Assembly (NCBI GenBank): GCA_965153355.1 | Contig: OZ231126.1 | Location: 46,996,001 to 47,060,000, forward strand | Origin: Flaccisagitta enflata | Taxonomy: Eukaryota | Reading direction: 5' to 3' | DNA length: 64,000 nt | Shown here: piece by piece, positions 30,426-43,663 of the stretch | How the letters are laid out: the number at the start of each line of letters is the position of its first letter | Numbering within the stretch: position 1 is the stretch's first letter | Made by a program: the position numbers and the translations under genes | Notes under the pieces: generated by a model | Told to the model about the DNA's origin: nothing | Databases searched by the model: none | What the model saw: only the letters and a program-made list of their open reading frames with translations

Positions 30426-33400
30426 GTGTCTTTTCATGTTTCTCCAAGTTTTTTCATGTCTCTTTATGTCTTTATATGTATCTTCATGTCTTCTCTTGTC
30501 ACTTCATGTCTTCTCATGTCTCTTCTTTTCTCCTCATGTCTCCATATGTCTTTTGATGTTATTTCATATCTCATGTGGTTTCATGTCTCTTTCTGTCTTT
30601 GCATGTCTCTTCATGTGTTTTCATGTCTCTTCATTTCTCCTCATGTCTCTTTATGCGTATGTCTCCTCTTTTCTTTTTAAGTTTCCTGTCTCCTAGTGTC
30701 TTTCTTCATATCTCATCATATCTCCTCATGTCTCCTCATGTCCTCTCATGTCTCTTCATATCTTTTTAGTCTCTTGATGTCTCTTCATTCCTTTTCAAGT
30801 CTCTTCATGTCTTCTCATGTCTCTTCATGTCGCCTTATGTCTTTTCATGTCTCTTCATGTCTTCTCATGTCTTCTCATGTCTCTTAATGTCTTTTTATGT
30901 CTTTTCATGTCTCTTCATGTCTCCTCATGTCTCTTCATGTCTTTTCATGTCTCATCATATCTTTTCATGTCTTTTCATGTCTCTTCATGTCTCCTTGTGT
31001 CTTTTCATGTCTCTTCATGTCCCCTCATGTCTCTTTATGTCTCCTCATATCTCTACATGTCCTTTCATGTCTCCTCATGTGTTTTCATGTTGCCTTATGT
31101 CTCTTCATGTCTTTTCATCTCTCTTCATGTCCCCTCATGTCTTTTCATGTCTCTTCATGTCTTTTCATGTCTCTTCATGTCATTTTATGTCTTTTCATGT
31201 CATCTTATGTCTTTTCATGTCTTCTCATGTCTCTTCATGTCCTCTCATGTCTTTTCATGTCTCTTCATGTCTTCTCATGTCTCTTCATGTCTCTTCATGT
31301 CTTTTTATGTCTATTTATGTCTTCTCATGTCTCTTTATGTCTCCTCATATCTCTTCATGTCTTTTCATGTCCCTCATGTCTTCTCATGTCTCCTCATGTC
31401 TTCTTTTGTCTTTCCATGTCTTACAGGGTGTTTCATGCGTTTTGAGGTTTAAAGAATCGACATAGCTTTTCTCCTAGAAAAGTCATTCAAATTCTGAAAA
31501 AAGGTCTGAATAGATCTTGAAGTGCAGTTTTTTTATGTCACCAATTTTTTATATCTGCGCTTTTATGCCCACTATGTAAGTTTGAAGAAAACAACCATAT
31601 CCAGCATGCATCTTTAATCTGGATAATTATGGCAAAAAAAATGGAAACTACTTGTTTGTTAGCGTTTCACATCCAAGCAATAAGAAAAAAATAGCAAAAT
31701 CCATGACCATCTTGAAGCTCTGTGAAAGATCTTTCCAATGAGACCTTGCTGGTTGTCATATCTCTATCCGTTTAGAAATGGCAGAAGAATGAAGACAGGT
31801 GGTCAAGAATTTGGAAAGTCAGTAACACCTGATTTTCATGGGCTATCTTTTTTGTAACATAGAAATTGAACAAATTGAGTTGGAAATTTGTTCTTGGCTC
31901 CATTTTATAGAAAATTCATGGCTCTTTAATTTGCTCATGGATATCGAGTAGCAAAGACAATCCTGAGTTTGTAATTGACAAAAATGAAAAGAGTAAAATT
32001 TCTGGATGGAAAAAAAATTAAAAGAAGCATTTTTTTCCATTTGTGATTTCTTTCTTTAATATTTTGCCATTTCTAAATGAATGAAGCTACAAGTACAGTG
32101 TCCTGCAACGTCGCGTTTTGAAGATTTTTTGCGGAGCTTTTAAACAGTCATGGATTTTTTGTAATTCAGGCCAATAGTTGACCAGAAACTAGTAAAAGAA
32201 GTTGTCCATTTTTTTCTTTACCATGGTTAGTTAACTGGATAATGTTGTTTACTTTAAACTACCGTAGCTCCCAAGCTAAAAAAACGCAAATACAAAAAAT
32301 TGGTGACGTTTAAAAAACTGCACTTCAAGATCTATTCAGACCTTTTTTCAGAATTGGAATAGCTTTTCTAGAAGAAAAGCTATGTCGATTCTTTAAACCT
32401 CAAAACGCGTGAAACACCCTGTATGTCCCCTCATGTTCTTTTTTTGTCATTTCATGTCTCCTCATGTTTCTTCATGTCTCTTCTTGTCTTTTCATCTCTT
32501 TTTGTTTCTTTTTATGTCTTCTCATGTCTTTTCATGTCCTATGTCTTTTAATGTCTCTTCATTTCCCTATGTCTCTTCTTGTCTTTTCATGTCTTTTCAT
32601 GTCTTCTCATGTTTTTATGTCTACTTATGTCTATTCATGTCTCTTCATGTCTCTTCATGTCTCCTCATGTCTGCACATGGCTCCCCATTTCGTTTTATGT
32701 CCTTTCCTGTCTCCTAAAGTCTTTTTATGTCTTTTCATGTCTCTTCATGTCTCCTTATGTCTTCTCATGTCTCTTCATGTTTTTTTGTCTCTTAATGTGT
32801 CTTCATGCCTTTTCATGTCTCTTCATTTCTTCTCATGTCTCTTCATCTCTCTTGATGTCTTCTGTCTCTTCATGTGTTTTCATGTCTCCTCATGTGTTTT
32901 TATGTCTCCTGGTGTCTTTTCATCTCTCCTCTTTTCTTTTAATGTTTTTTTCATGTCTTTTCAGGTCTCTTATTTCTCATTGTGTGTCCTCATGTCTTTT
33001 CATGTCTCCATATCTCTATATGTCTTTTCATGTCTCCTTACGCTTTTCATGTTTCCTCATGTCTTCATTTTTTTCATGTGTCTTTATGTCTTTCCACATC
33101 TCTACATGTTTCTCCTGTCTCTTCATGTCTCCTCATGTAGTTTCATATTCAACCCTACCCCTAACTCCATCTCTTACTCCACCTTGAACTCCACCTCTAG
33201 CCCTAATTTTACACCTACCCCTGACACCACCCTTACTCCTAACTTCACTCCCAACCCTTACTCCACCCCTACCTCTAACTCCACCCTAACCCCAAACCCC
33301 ACCTCTACTTCCACATCTACCCCTAAATCTTCACCCAACTCTACCCTTACCTCAAACCCCCCTCACCCTACCTCAACCCTTAGCTCCTCTACCCCTAAAT

Positions 33401-35281
33401 CCACCGCTATCCATAACTCCACCCCTAAATCCACCGCTATCCATAACTCCACCCCTACCCTGAAAATTATCTCTACCCTTAAGTCCACCTTTTCCCCCTT
33501 CACCAACCCTACCCCTACCCCTAACTCTACTCTTTTTCCTTACCCTGCCCCTGACCCTCTGTCCAACCCTACCCCTAACTACACCCCTTCCCCAAACTAC
33601 ACACCTACCTCTAACTTTCCCCCTCCCTTACCTCATGTCACTTGATGTCTCTTCATGTCTCTCCATATTTTTCATGTCTCTTTAAGTCTTTTCATATCTC
33701 TTCATGTCTCTACATGTCTTTTCATACTTCCTCATGTCTTTTCATATCTGTTCATGCCTCTTCATGTCTTTTCATGTCATTTTATGTCTCTTTTTGTCTT
33801 TTCTTATCTGTTCATGTCTCCTCCTCTCTTCTCATGTCTCTCCATCTCTTTCCATGTCCCTCCATGCCTTTTTGTGAAGAGACATGAAAAGACATAAGAC
33901 ATAAAAGTAAATTAGGAGACATGAATAGTCAGAAGACATGAAAGACATGAAAAGACAAGAAAAGACATGAAGAGACATAGAGAGACATGAAGAGACATAA
34001 AAAGAAATTAAAAGACATTAAAGATAAGAAGAGACATGAAGAGACATGAGGAGACATGAGGAGACATGAGGAGACATGAAGACATAAGAAAGGACATAAA
34101 AAGAATTGAGGAGACTTCAAGAGACATCAGGAAGCATGAGGAGACATAAGGAGACATGAAAAGACATGAGGAGACATTGGGAGACATGAAGAAAAATGAG
34201 GAGACTACAAGAGACATGAGAGGACATGAAGATACATAGAAAGAATGGGAGAGACATGAAGGGACATAAGGAGACATGATGAGACACAAGGAGACATGAA
34301 GAGACATAAAGAAATAAGAGGAGACTTGAAAGGACATGAGAGGAAATGAAGAGACATGAAGAGACATGAAAAGTCATGAGGAGACATGAATAGACATAAG
34401 AAGACATGAAGAGAAATGAAAAACATGAGGAGACATTTAAATACATGAGGAGACATGAAGAGACATGAGGAGACATGAGGAGACATGAGGAGACATGGAG
34501 AGACATGAAAAGACAAAAAAAGAAATTATGAGACATGAATAGACGGGAAAAGACATCAAAACAAAAGAAAAGACATGAAAAGACATGAAGAGACATGAAG
34601 AGACATGAAAAGACATAAAAAGACATAAAGAGACATGAAAAATACGAAAAAAGAAATAAAAAACAAGAAGAGACATGAGGTGATATGAGGAGACATGAAG
34701 ACACATGAAAGGACATGACAAGAAATGAGGAGACATGAAGTGACATCAGGAAACATGAGGAGACATGAGGAGACATAAAAGACTTGAAAAGACATGAGGA
34801 GACATGAAGAGACATGAAGAATAAGGAGGAGTATACAAGAGACATAGGGGACATGAAGACACATAAAAAGAATGGAGGAGACATGAAGGGACATGAGGAG
34901 ACATGAGGAGACATGAGCAGACATGGGCAGACATAAGGAGACATGAAGAGACATGGAGAAACCTGAGGAGACTACAAGAGACATGAGGGGACATAAAGAG
35001 ATATATGAGGAGACATAAAAAAACATGGGAATACATGGGGAGACATTAAGAGACATGAAAAGACATGAGCCATGAGGATACATGAGGAAAGATGATGGGG
35101 CATGAATAGACTTAAAGAGACATGAAGACATGAAGCACATGAAGAGGAATGAGGAGATATAAGCAGGCACAAAGAGATGTAAGGAGAAATGAGGAGACAT
35201 GAGGAGACATGAGGAGACATGAAGAAACACAAGGAGACATGAGGAGACATGAGTTGGCATGAGGAGGCAAGAGACATGAAC
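30426..35281. repeat. Degenerate 10-bp minisatellite (TCTTCATGTC)n, inverted to (GACATGAAGA)n from ~33875
   Basis: Direct inspection; blocks 30426-31421, 32424-33148, 33633-33872 and 33875-35281. Confidence 0.95.
31424..32421. mobile_element. Tc1/mariner-like MITE inserted in the 10-bp minisatellite
   Basis: TA|CAGGGTGTTTCA..TTTGAGGTTTAAAGAATCGAC ... TGAAACACCCTG|TA; TIR over 100 bp. Confidence 0.9.
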
Positions 35282-35334
35282 ACAAATGGACTGACTATGT
35301 TAGAAATGGTGTTTAGAAAATTTCGCGCTATGGA

Positions 35335-35358
35335 CCCTAACCCTAACCCTAACCCTAA
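35335..35358. repeat. (CCCTAA)4 interstitial telomere-type repeat
   Basis: Four perfect units; degenerate CCCTAM-rich tracts at ~33150-33630 and ~35535-35915. Confidence 0.8.
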
Positions 35359-35454
35359 GCCTACTGTCCTCTCCTTCATCAAGTTCATGTTCACAAAAAA
35401 TCCTTCTCAGGATTTGCAAAACTGACAAGCCGAAGGTGATGATTCTTTGTCAGA

Positions 35455-35490
<36 letters not shown>

Positions 35491-37084
35491 TTGTTGGATG
35501 AAAAGGGTGAACATACCGTTATCCCAGTTGTGTGTCCTAACCCCACATTCACCCCTACCCTTAGACACACTCCTGGACTCACCCCTACCTCTAACTCCCC
35601 CGTACTACCAACTTCACCCCTACCCCTTACCCTACTCTAACCTCTAACTTGCCCCTTGACCCCATACTCAACCTCCACCCCTTACCCCTAACTCGTCCAT
35701 TACCTCTAACTCCAATCCTACCCCTAACTCCACCTCTACCCCCTACTCCACCTTTCCCCCTTACCCTCCACCCCTAACCCTACCCCTACCCTAACTCTAC
35801 CCCTAACTCTGCCTTTTCCCCTAACTCCACCCCTATTCCTAAAACTACTCCTTATCCCAACCCCCTTTCCACAAGCCCTAAACTGTACCCCTCAATCCTC
35901 ATTCTCAACCCCTAGACCTGACCATATTTCCATTTTTAAACATTACTTGCAATTCGTTTAAGCTCTGCTTACTTTCTTTAGATTTTATTTTCTTTGAAAA
36001 GAAAGAAATGGAATGTATAATAAGCTTTACCTCTTCTACCCTCCCCTGCAAACTTTTTACATGGTTTCATATTATTGAAGAGGGAGGTTTAAAACTTTTC
36101 TCTATGAGTGAGATTGATTGGCGGATAGTTTCTTGCTTCCAATTAAAGAGGCAGATAAAAAAGGTTTAAGCGATTAATATATTGACGAGAGTGAATAATC
36201 ATTGAAAAAAGAAATAAAGTCAAATGCAAAACATGGCTCAATATGTTGATCCGGCCAAGTTAGTTTCTGCAATATGCAAATGATTTCATCAAACTTTGTA
36301 GATGCAGCCAATCACTTTTTTGCCTTTAATCATAAACCATCATGGCCATAAACACGGTCACCCAATTGTGGATGGTCGGGCAGGGGCAGTATAGCAAAAA
36401 ACACATTTCAAAAAAGTTACAAGCTGGCCATTGGACTGATTGACCAACACAGCAAGTTTGTAACTGAAGATATTGGATTTATTAGTACACAGAATTGTTT
36501 TGTTAGGAAAAATTTTGACTTTCATAGGGTTAAGGAGATTGAATCAGTGTCAATCTCATTTGCATATTGTGGTGGATAAGCTATCCTTTCTTAAAGTAAG
36601 ATGTTCTTTGCGGTTGACTACAAAAATGTTGTTTTTTGAAACCCATGCACTGACAAGTTGATTTATGTTGTTCATCTTCATTTTTTGTTTATGTCAGGGG
36701 ATACTTCTCATTATGTAGTTTCAATAATTTCATCCTCTGATGTGTGAAAAGTTATATCATATCAGCTAAAGGATCTATATTAACAAGTCTTTTTATAGAG
36801 TAATGGATAACCTGAAGAAAAACTAAAGAACTTGAATTCAAAACACAGGTTGGTTTTGGATTCATTGATGCTTTGTTCTTAGAAGCAAAACTGTTGCTTT
36901 AAACGATTTCTGAAGAGGGTTTGCCTGACCTACAGGACATTAGACTTGATATCTTTCATGACCTTGGAGCTTTTACATCAATTGACCAGTGTCATTTTAG
37001 CATTGATCACATCCTCAAAAATGGATGAAATGTAAATACAACCTTTGGGATAAAGCTTTTTCCAAGCAACTAGATCCCTTTAAA

Positions 37085-38750
37085 AGACTGAGAACAGGGA
37101 CTAATAATCTAGTTAGCATATTGTAACGTTATGGTAACCTAATAGATAGTCTCCTAAATGTCCATTTTATAGGCACTTTGGTTCATGCCAAGTAGATCAT
37201 TGGTCCATTATTTCAATGGTCAAGACGCTGTTTTGATATGTGCAATGTCCTTGAAGCAATGAGATCATTAAACAACAATTATGGTGGCATCCACTTGACT
37301 ATTTACAGTTTGATCACTATTTTGATCAGCTTTCTCAGCATTTGTCTGTCTTTAAAGGGCCTGCCATTAGAATTCTTATAGGCTGCTACGGAGAGGAATG
37401 GTCTAAACATATCGTTTTCTCATTCCATCTTGACGCCCCAGCAATCAAGAGATGCTTCATGCCATCTAGCCTGTTATGCATCAGAACTCATGAACCAACT
37501 AGTTCTCCAATAGTCTCTCCTCTCAACCAGTGCACGCATTGATAACACTGGATGAGGAGAGACCGTTAATCTCATTAGCATATTGCAGCTCTCTTAGTAC
37601 CTTCTAAGTAGCCAAGTTTTAGAGGCAGGTTGTTTCATCTCATGTAGGGAACTGGTCCACAAGTCCAACAACTGATGTGACAATGATTGGTGCACAATGT
37701 TCTTGAAGCAACTAAATCAGTTGACAGCAACTGAAGCTGCATCCATTTGACTCTTAGCTGTTTGATTATATGTTCAAAAATGATAAACACTGGGGATTTA
37801 GCATAATAAAAAAAAATGACCTTAACACAGTCAGACAGTGAAATTTTCTCTTTGGACACCTCTTACAATCAATATGGTCAACTGGATGGATATTCCCTTG
37901 ACCCAGTCAGCATGATACTTTAAGATTTTATGGAATTGAATCAACCAGTTGTTCCTCAGTCATGTGTTCAATCACTCTTTTCAGTCTGTTCAGGCAACAA
38001 CAGCTTCTTGAAAGATGCAGTAGATGGCTTTGGAGGTATTGCTTTTTCATGCTTCTAGATTACTGAGAACCGAGACCAATAATCTTGTTTGCATATTGCA
38101 GCTCTAAGGTAAACTGATAAATAGTCTCCTGTAAATAAATTTCATAGGTATGTTAATTCCTCCTGAAAAGATCATTAGTCCTTTAGTCTGATGGTCAAGT
38201 AAGTTCCTTGATACGTACAATGTCCCTGGAGCTATCAGCTCATGACGCGCCCATTCAATTCTATAGTTGAACATTATTTTGATAGGCTATTTTAACAATT
38301 GACCATTATCATTTAAATTCTCATTGATTCTGGTTGAAGAGAGTTAGTCCAAAGATAGCTTCTCACCACCAGGTCATGATTAAACTGCTGTTGAAGTAAT
38401 GCTTTCATAGCGAATGGTGTGGGGACTTTCCCGATCTTAACTGGTTGATAAAAGACCATTGACCTTCCTGTTCCATTATGCACATTGCTAACACTGTGTA
38501 TAAAGAAAGGCTGGTAATCTCATTAGCATATTGCAGCTCTAGTGTAACCTGATGAGTTGCTCCTTAAATGGCAGTTCAATAGGCAGGTTGTTACATATCA
38601 TGTAGACAACTGGTTCATAAGTCTATTGATCAAGTCAGAGTTTTGATAAGTGCAATGTCCATGGAGCTATCCAACTGTTTGACAACAATCATAGTGGCAT
38701 CCATTTGGCTCTCCACGGTTTGATAATATCCTCAAAAATGATGCTATCAT
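37085..38750. repeat. Four diverged ~250-bp units at ~440-520-bp spacing, each carrying an AATCTnnTTWGCATATTG motif
   Basis: Units anchored at ~37108, 37568, 38081 and 38516; inverted homologues at ~27400-27630 and ~28610-28850. Confidence 0.8.
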
Positions 38751-38929
38751 GGAACAGATGGACAGAGATTACAACCCTGCAGTCAATTGCTAGTGATATA
38801 TGTTGCCTGCAAGTGATTTGCTTGGTTCATCCCAGAATTTGACTGCAATATCATATTTGCTATTGCATACAGAAATTATCAAAAAATCAGGCAAAGAACT
38901 TGAGTTCTTTTGTAAGACTTAATTTGTTT

Positions 38930-41085
38930 GGTTGTAAATTCATCTACTCATTTGCAGTCAAATCTTTATCAAGTAGCTGTAAAACATCTGAATGGTGAGC
39001 ACAGCACAAGTAAAAAAGGTCGCCCCAAGGGCAATAAGTTGTCAGCAATGCCCGTTGGTGCGGACGGGTGGTCAGGGGTGGAAACACTGTTTTTTTTTTT
39101 CACTTTTCATCTCATGCTCACCAACAGACCGATGGACCGATGGACCGACAGACGGATAAATGGACGGACAGACAAAGCCTGTTATAGAGTCGCTTGTCTG
39201 CAACTAAAAATCTGAATGGTTAGCACAGCACTAGTAAACAAGGCCGTATACACGGCAGCATTAGTTGGGGATGGGTGGGCAGAAGCGGAAAACCTCAAAA
39301 AAGTGATTAGTGACGGACTGATGGACAGATGGACAGACGGACAGACAGACCAATGGACGGCGCAAAAACTGGCTTAAAGAGTCAAGTGTCTGCGACTAGA
39401 AAGGTATGTAAGTAATTGATTAATCAAGTCACTTGTAATTTAAAGGCCAAAGATTGTCAAAGGCAAATATTACTGATTTTTTCTTTCTTTGGAACTCGAA
39501 AGGCACCTTGGAATGGGCTGATAAGCTCATCTCATAGTTCATGCCAGCTGCCAAGGGTTTTCCATCTGATTGTGACCGCCAACAGAACAGTTCCCTAAAA
39601 TTATGAAACTTTCTTCTGTGGCACATTTCATCCATCACATTACAACTGCATAAGAGGATGTGATGAACAAAGGAAATGCTTCAAAATGCTAATGAGATTC
39701 AAAATTATTCTTTGCTTAACGATATCAAGGTCTGCTAAAACAGAAGGCAAACTTATTTGCATATTGTAGATGTAACAGTTTTTACTGATCCTGGTTGTTG
39801 CATGACAAAAATGACTAGCCTCAACTCAAGTTATTTATTTGATGCTCATTATGAATAATTTGAGTTAAATTCAGAGGAAAGTTAACCTAATTCTTTTCTG
39901 AAACGATTTATAATGATTATTTTGCGGAGTATGTTTCTTTAGATTCAGAAGACAAAATCAGATTATAAAAAAGAAATAGCGCTTGATGGACAAAACTTTG
40001 CAATATATGTCACTCAGTAATTGATATATGTCATTTTTGCAATATGTGTCACATTAATTCCTTTGACTATATATATTTGATGTACATAGTGATTCATAAA
40101 GGTTAAAGATCATATGTCTCCTCCTAATTTGCATATTGCTGTTGGCCCATTTTTAAACTCTTGTAACTGAATTTGAGTCATTTTCATTTTGTCAAACAAA
40201 GAACATGATATTACAATTCTTGAAGTATTACACCAAGAATAAGAATTTGGAAAAAGGCTATGAGTAAGATTTACTTTGAAAAGTAGAGATCCTGAATTCA
40301 AAAATTGATTGATTTGTATGCAATGAAATCTTTTTGATCAATTTTCATCCTCTGAACTTTTTAATTGCATTTAAATATTTTCTTTCTTTGAACAATTTTA
40401 GCCCTTGTCTTTAGAGGGGTCACATTCCTAGTTGCTGTTGTATTCTTTTGCAAGTCCTAATTTATTTGCAATCAAATCTTTATCAAGAAGCTGTAAAAGA
40501 TCTCAGTGATGAACACAGCACAAGTAAAAAAGGCATGGACATAGTCGATTTATCAAGACCCTTGAGCCGTAGAGTCCATAAGAGGGCAAATGACATTAAT
40601 TTTGTCTTTTTTTTAACTCTCAAAGCATCTTGGGATGGGCTGATAAGCTCATCACATAATTCATGCTGGCTACCAAGCTTTTACCATCAGATTGAGACCA
40701 CAAACAGAACCGTTCCCTAAAATCATAAAATTTTCTTCTGCGGCAAATTTCATCCCTCTCATTACAATTGTGTAAAAGCTTGTGATAGAGAAAAGAAATA
40801 CAACAATATGCTAATGAGATCCAAAATGATTTCTTGCTTAATGACATCATGGTCTGTTAAAACAGAAGACAAACTCATTTACATATTGTAGACATAATTG
40901 TTTTTACTGATCCTGGTTGTTAAATGACAAAAATGACTAGCCTCCACTAAGGTTATTTTTTATTTTATGCTCACTATGAATAACTAAAGATTAACTCACA
41001 GAAACATTAATTAATTTTTCTCCTAAACAATTTGTGAGGAATATTTTGCTGAATATGTTTTTTAGATTTAAAAAAAAAAATCAGA
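38930..41085. repeat. Diverged direct repeat (~38930-39970 versus ~40445-41085)
   Basis: Shared blocks such as CAAATCTTTATCAAG.AGCTGTAAAA, GGGCTGATAAGCTCATC and TTTTTACTGATCCTGGTTGTT; the first copy is interrupted by Helentron-like insertions. Confidence 0.85.
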
Positions 41086-41936
41086 CTAAAAAAATGTAAA
41101 TACTGGTTGATGGTTGATTGGTTCCAGAGCATACTGTAACTGAATAGCTTCATGCATGAGACTAACCCCAATAAAACACACTGCCATCTGTATCACTGGT
41201 CTTGCCCAGTCCCATTTCTGTTTGTCCACCCCAAAGAGTTTATTTTTTGGTAATGTGTCTGGCCTTGTTTGAATCTCAGTAGCAATCCCTCTCTTGAAAG
41301 ATTTGCTCATCAGAGTCCTTGAGTCCTTAGTCACATACTAAGCAAATCTTTCCTGATTTTTTATCCTGTTCTTTTGTTTCTGAGACTTGGTTCAGACTGC
41401 AAACAAGAGATGGCAATCACTAACAGAGGAATTTCTTCAACAGTTGTACTGCTGCTGCTTCTGCATCCTTTGCCCAAATAAGGACATTCTTTTGCTGTGG
41501 AGCAACAAGGTTTCAAATGCCTTTTGTTTTTCCTCAAATGCAAAAAGAGACAGAGAGAAAGTACTACTAATGGCCCTCTGTAGGGACAAAAAACCAGGCA
41601 AAAGATCAGTTATCCCAATGTTTGTTTTTGTTGTTTTTGGGGTTACAACAGCAAATCAAAACATTTTCTTCATTGCAGATTAAAGAGTGGCATCAGAGCT
41701 TTCCTCTAAACTATAAAACATGTATGCTAAGATTGATTCTAGCTGTTTAGAAGACAATTTTAACAAATGATCCGTTTTCATCTTTGTTTGTTTGTTTCCC
41801 TATGTAAACAAACACCCAAGAATTTGAACTCTTTAATTTAGACTTTATGAACCATGAGCTCCGCACAGAAACAAACCGCGCGTTTCTAGCTGCTCTAGTT
41901 GCTGAGCTACGTTTTTTGTGAAGACCCGGTATTTAA

Positions 41937-42425
41937 AGTCATGTAGATCATGATAATGATAGTTGCAGGTCAAAACAATTTGAGCACCTATCTTAAAAAT
42001 TCTTTAAAATTTTTTAAAGTCATGCCATCGCCAAACTGCTAGAGTGAGGGCAATGAAATTTTATGAGCTAAAAAATATGTATTTTGTACATATGCACACC
42101 AAATTTCAGCTCTCTAGCTTTATTAGAAGTAAAGATATAACCGATTTACTTATATGTATAAAAACTGCATTTTTTTGGAAAACAGGTATTTTTGAGAAAA
42201 ATGCACCCAAAAGTAAATCGGCTTTATCTCCGCTTCTGATAAAGCTAGAGAGCTGAAATTTGGTATGAACATGTATAAAATACATATTCTTTTGCTCATG
42301 AAATTTTATTGCCCTGAGGCAGACGGTTTGGCAGTGGCATGGTTTTGAAAATTTTAGATGAATTTTTAGGATAGGTGCTCAAATTTTTTTGACCTGCGCT
42401 TATCATTATCATGACCTACATAACT
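41937..42425. mobile_element. Palindromic MITE with TTAA TSD and AG..CT termini (Kolobok-like)
   Basis: TTAA|AGTCATGTAG ... CTACATAACT|TTAA; ~215-bp imperfect arms. Confidence 0.75.
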
Positions 42426-42655
42426 TTAAATACTTGTATTCAAATTTTCAAGCTTTGTTCTGGAAAAGCCGAGTTTGCTCAATTTCATGCGTCAACAGAC
42501 TGGACTATAAAAATCTAATGAGTTGAGCTTGACAAACAGATCGATTGTCTGTTCAACCGATTGTCTGTCAACGCAATAAAAACTGTGGTGCTTTTTGGAC
42601 GGACCAACAGTCAGACTGAAGCGGATGCAAATGAAACGAATACGACGCAGACAAG

Positions 42656-42686
<31 letters not shown>

Positions 42687-42917
42687 TGAAGGAAGAGAGC
42701 AGATTTAAATTCATTTATGACAATGTATGATGCAAGTGTAACGCCATGTCAATCTTTGCCTCGACTACAGACTTTACAGTGTTTTGTGCGAGTCTGTCTG
42801 TCCATTTCTCAATCTCCCTGACTTATTGCCTGTGTGTTCTCTTCGTCATCTTGTCTGTGTTTCTGGCTTTCTGTCTGTCTGTCTGTTTCTGCGTCGGTCT
42901 TTCTGTCTGTCTGTCTG

Positions 42918-43122
<205 letters not shown>

Positions 43123-43567
43123 ATACTCCTCATTCGCTAATAAATAAAAACATGTCGGATTCGCGGAGCGTATAGGAAAAAAAAATTCTCTTACAACAAC
43201 AATCATCTTTTGCTTCGAATATTGTGTTGTTGTCGTTGTTATTGTTGTTTCGAGATGAGGTTCAAATACGAATCGACTGTTTTTTCAATTGAAAAAAAAA
43301 AAAGAAAAAGAAATATCTTGTTGATGTTTCCGGTTATCACTTGAAGGATTGTTTTCACTTAAAAATTAATACTCTTAATTTTAGGCCAAAATCCACGAGG
43401 GTTTGTGTTTGTTATTGCTTTACACAAAGGAGTGAGAGCGATTCAGCCACCCCATCAAGGACATCATTGCCCCCACGCCCTTCATTGATCAAGAAGAATA
43501 ATTAAATGTTTCTCTTCTTTTCTTTTTTTTTTCTTTTTCTCTTTCTTTCTTTTTCTTTCTCTTTCCT

Positions 43568-43663
<96 letters not shown>

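Noticed and set aside
30426-35394. Many long MSLHVSSCL-type ORFs, including a 393-aa ORF
   Set aside because: Translations of a stop-poor 10-bp minisatellite, open in several frames
37085-38750. CRISPR-like or snRNA gene array
   Set aside because: Units are long and homologous along their length, there are no cas genes, and no recognisable snRNA body follows the octamers
41100-41680. Possible decayed coding sequence on the minus strand
   Set aside because: Multiple stops and no recognisable motif
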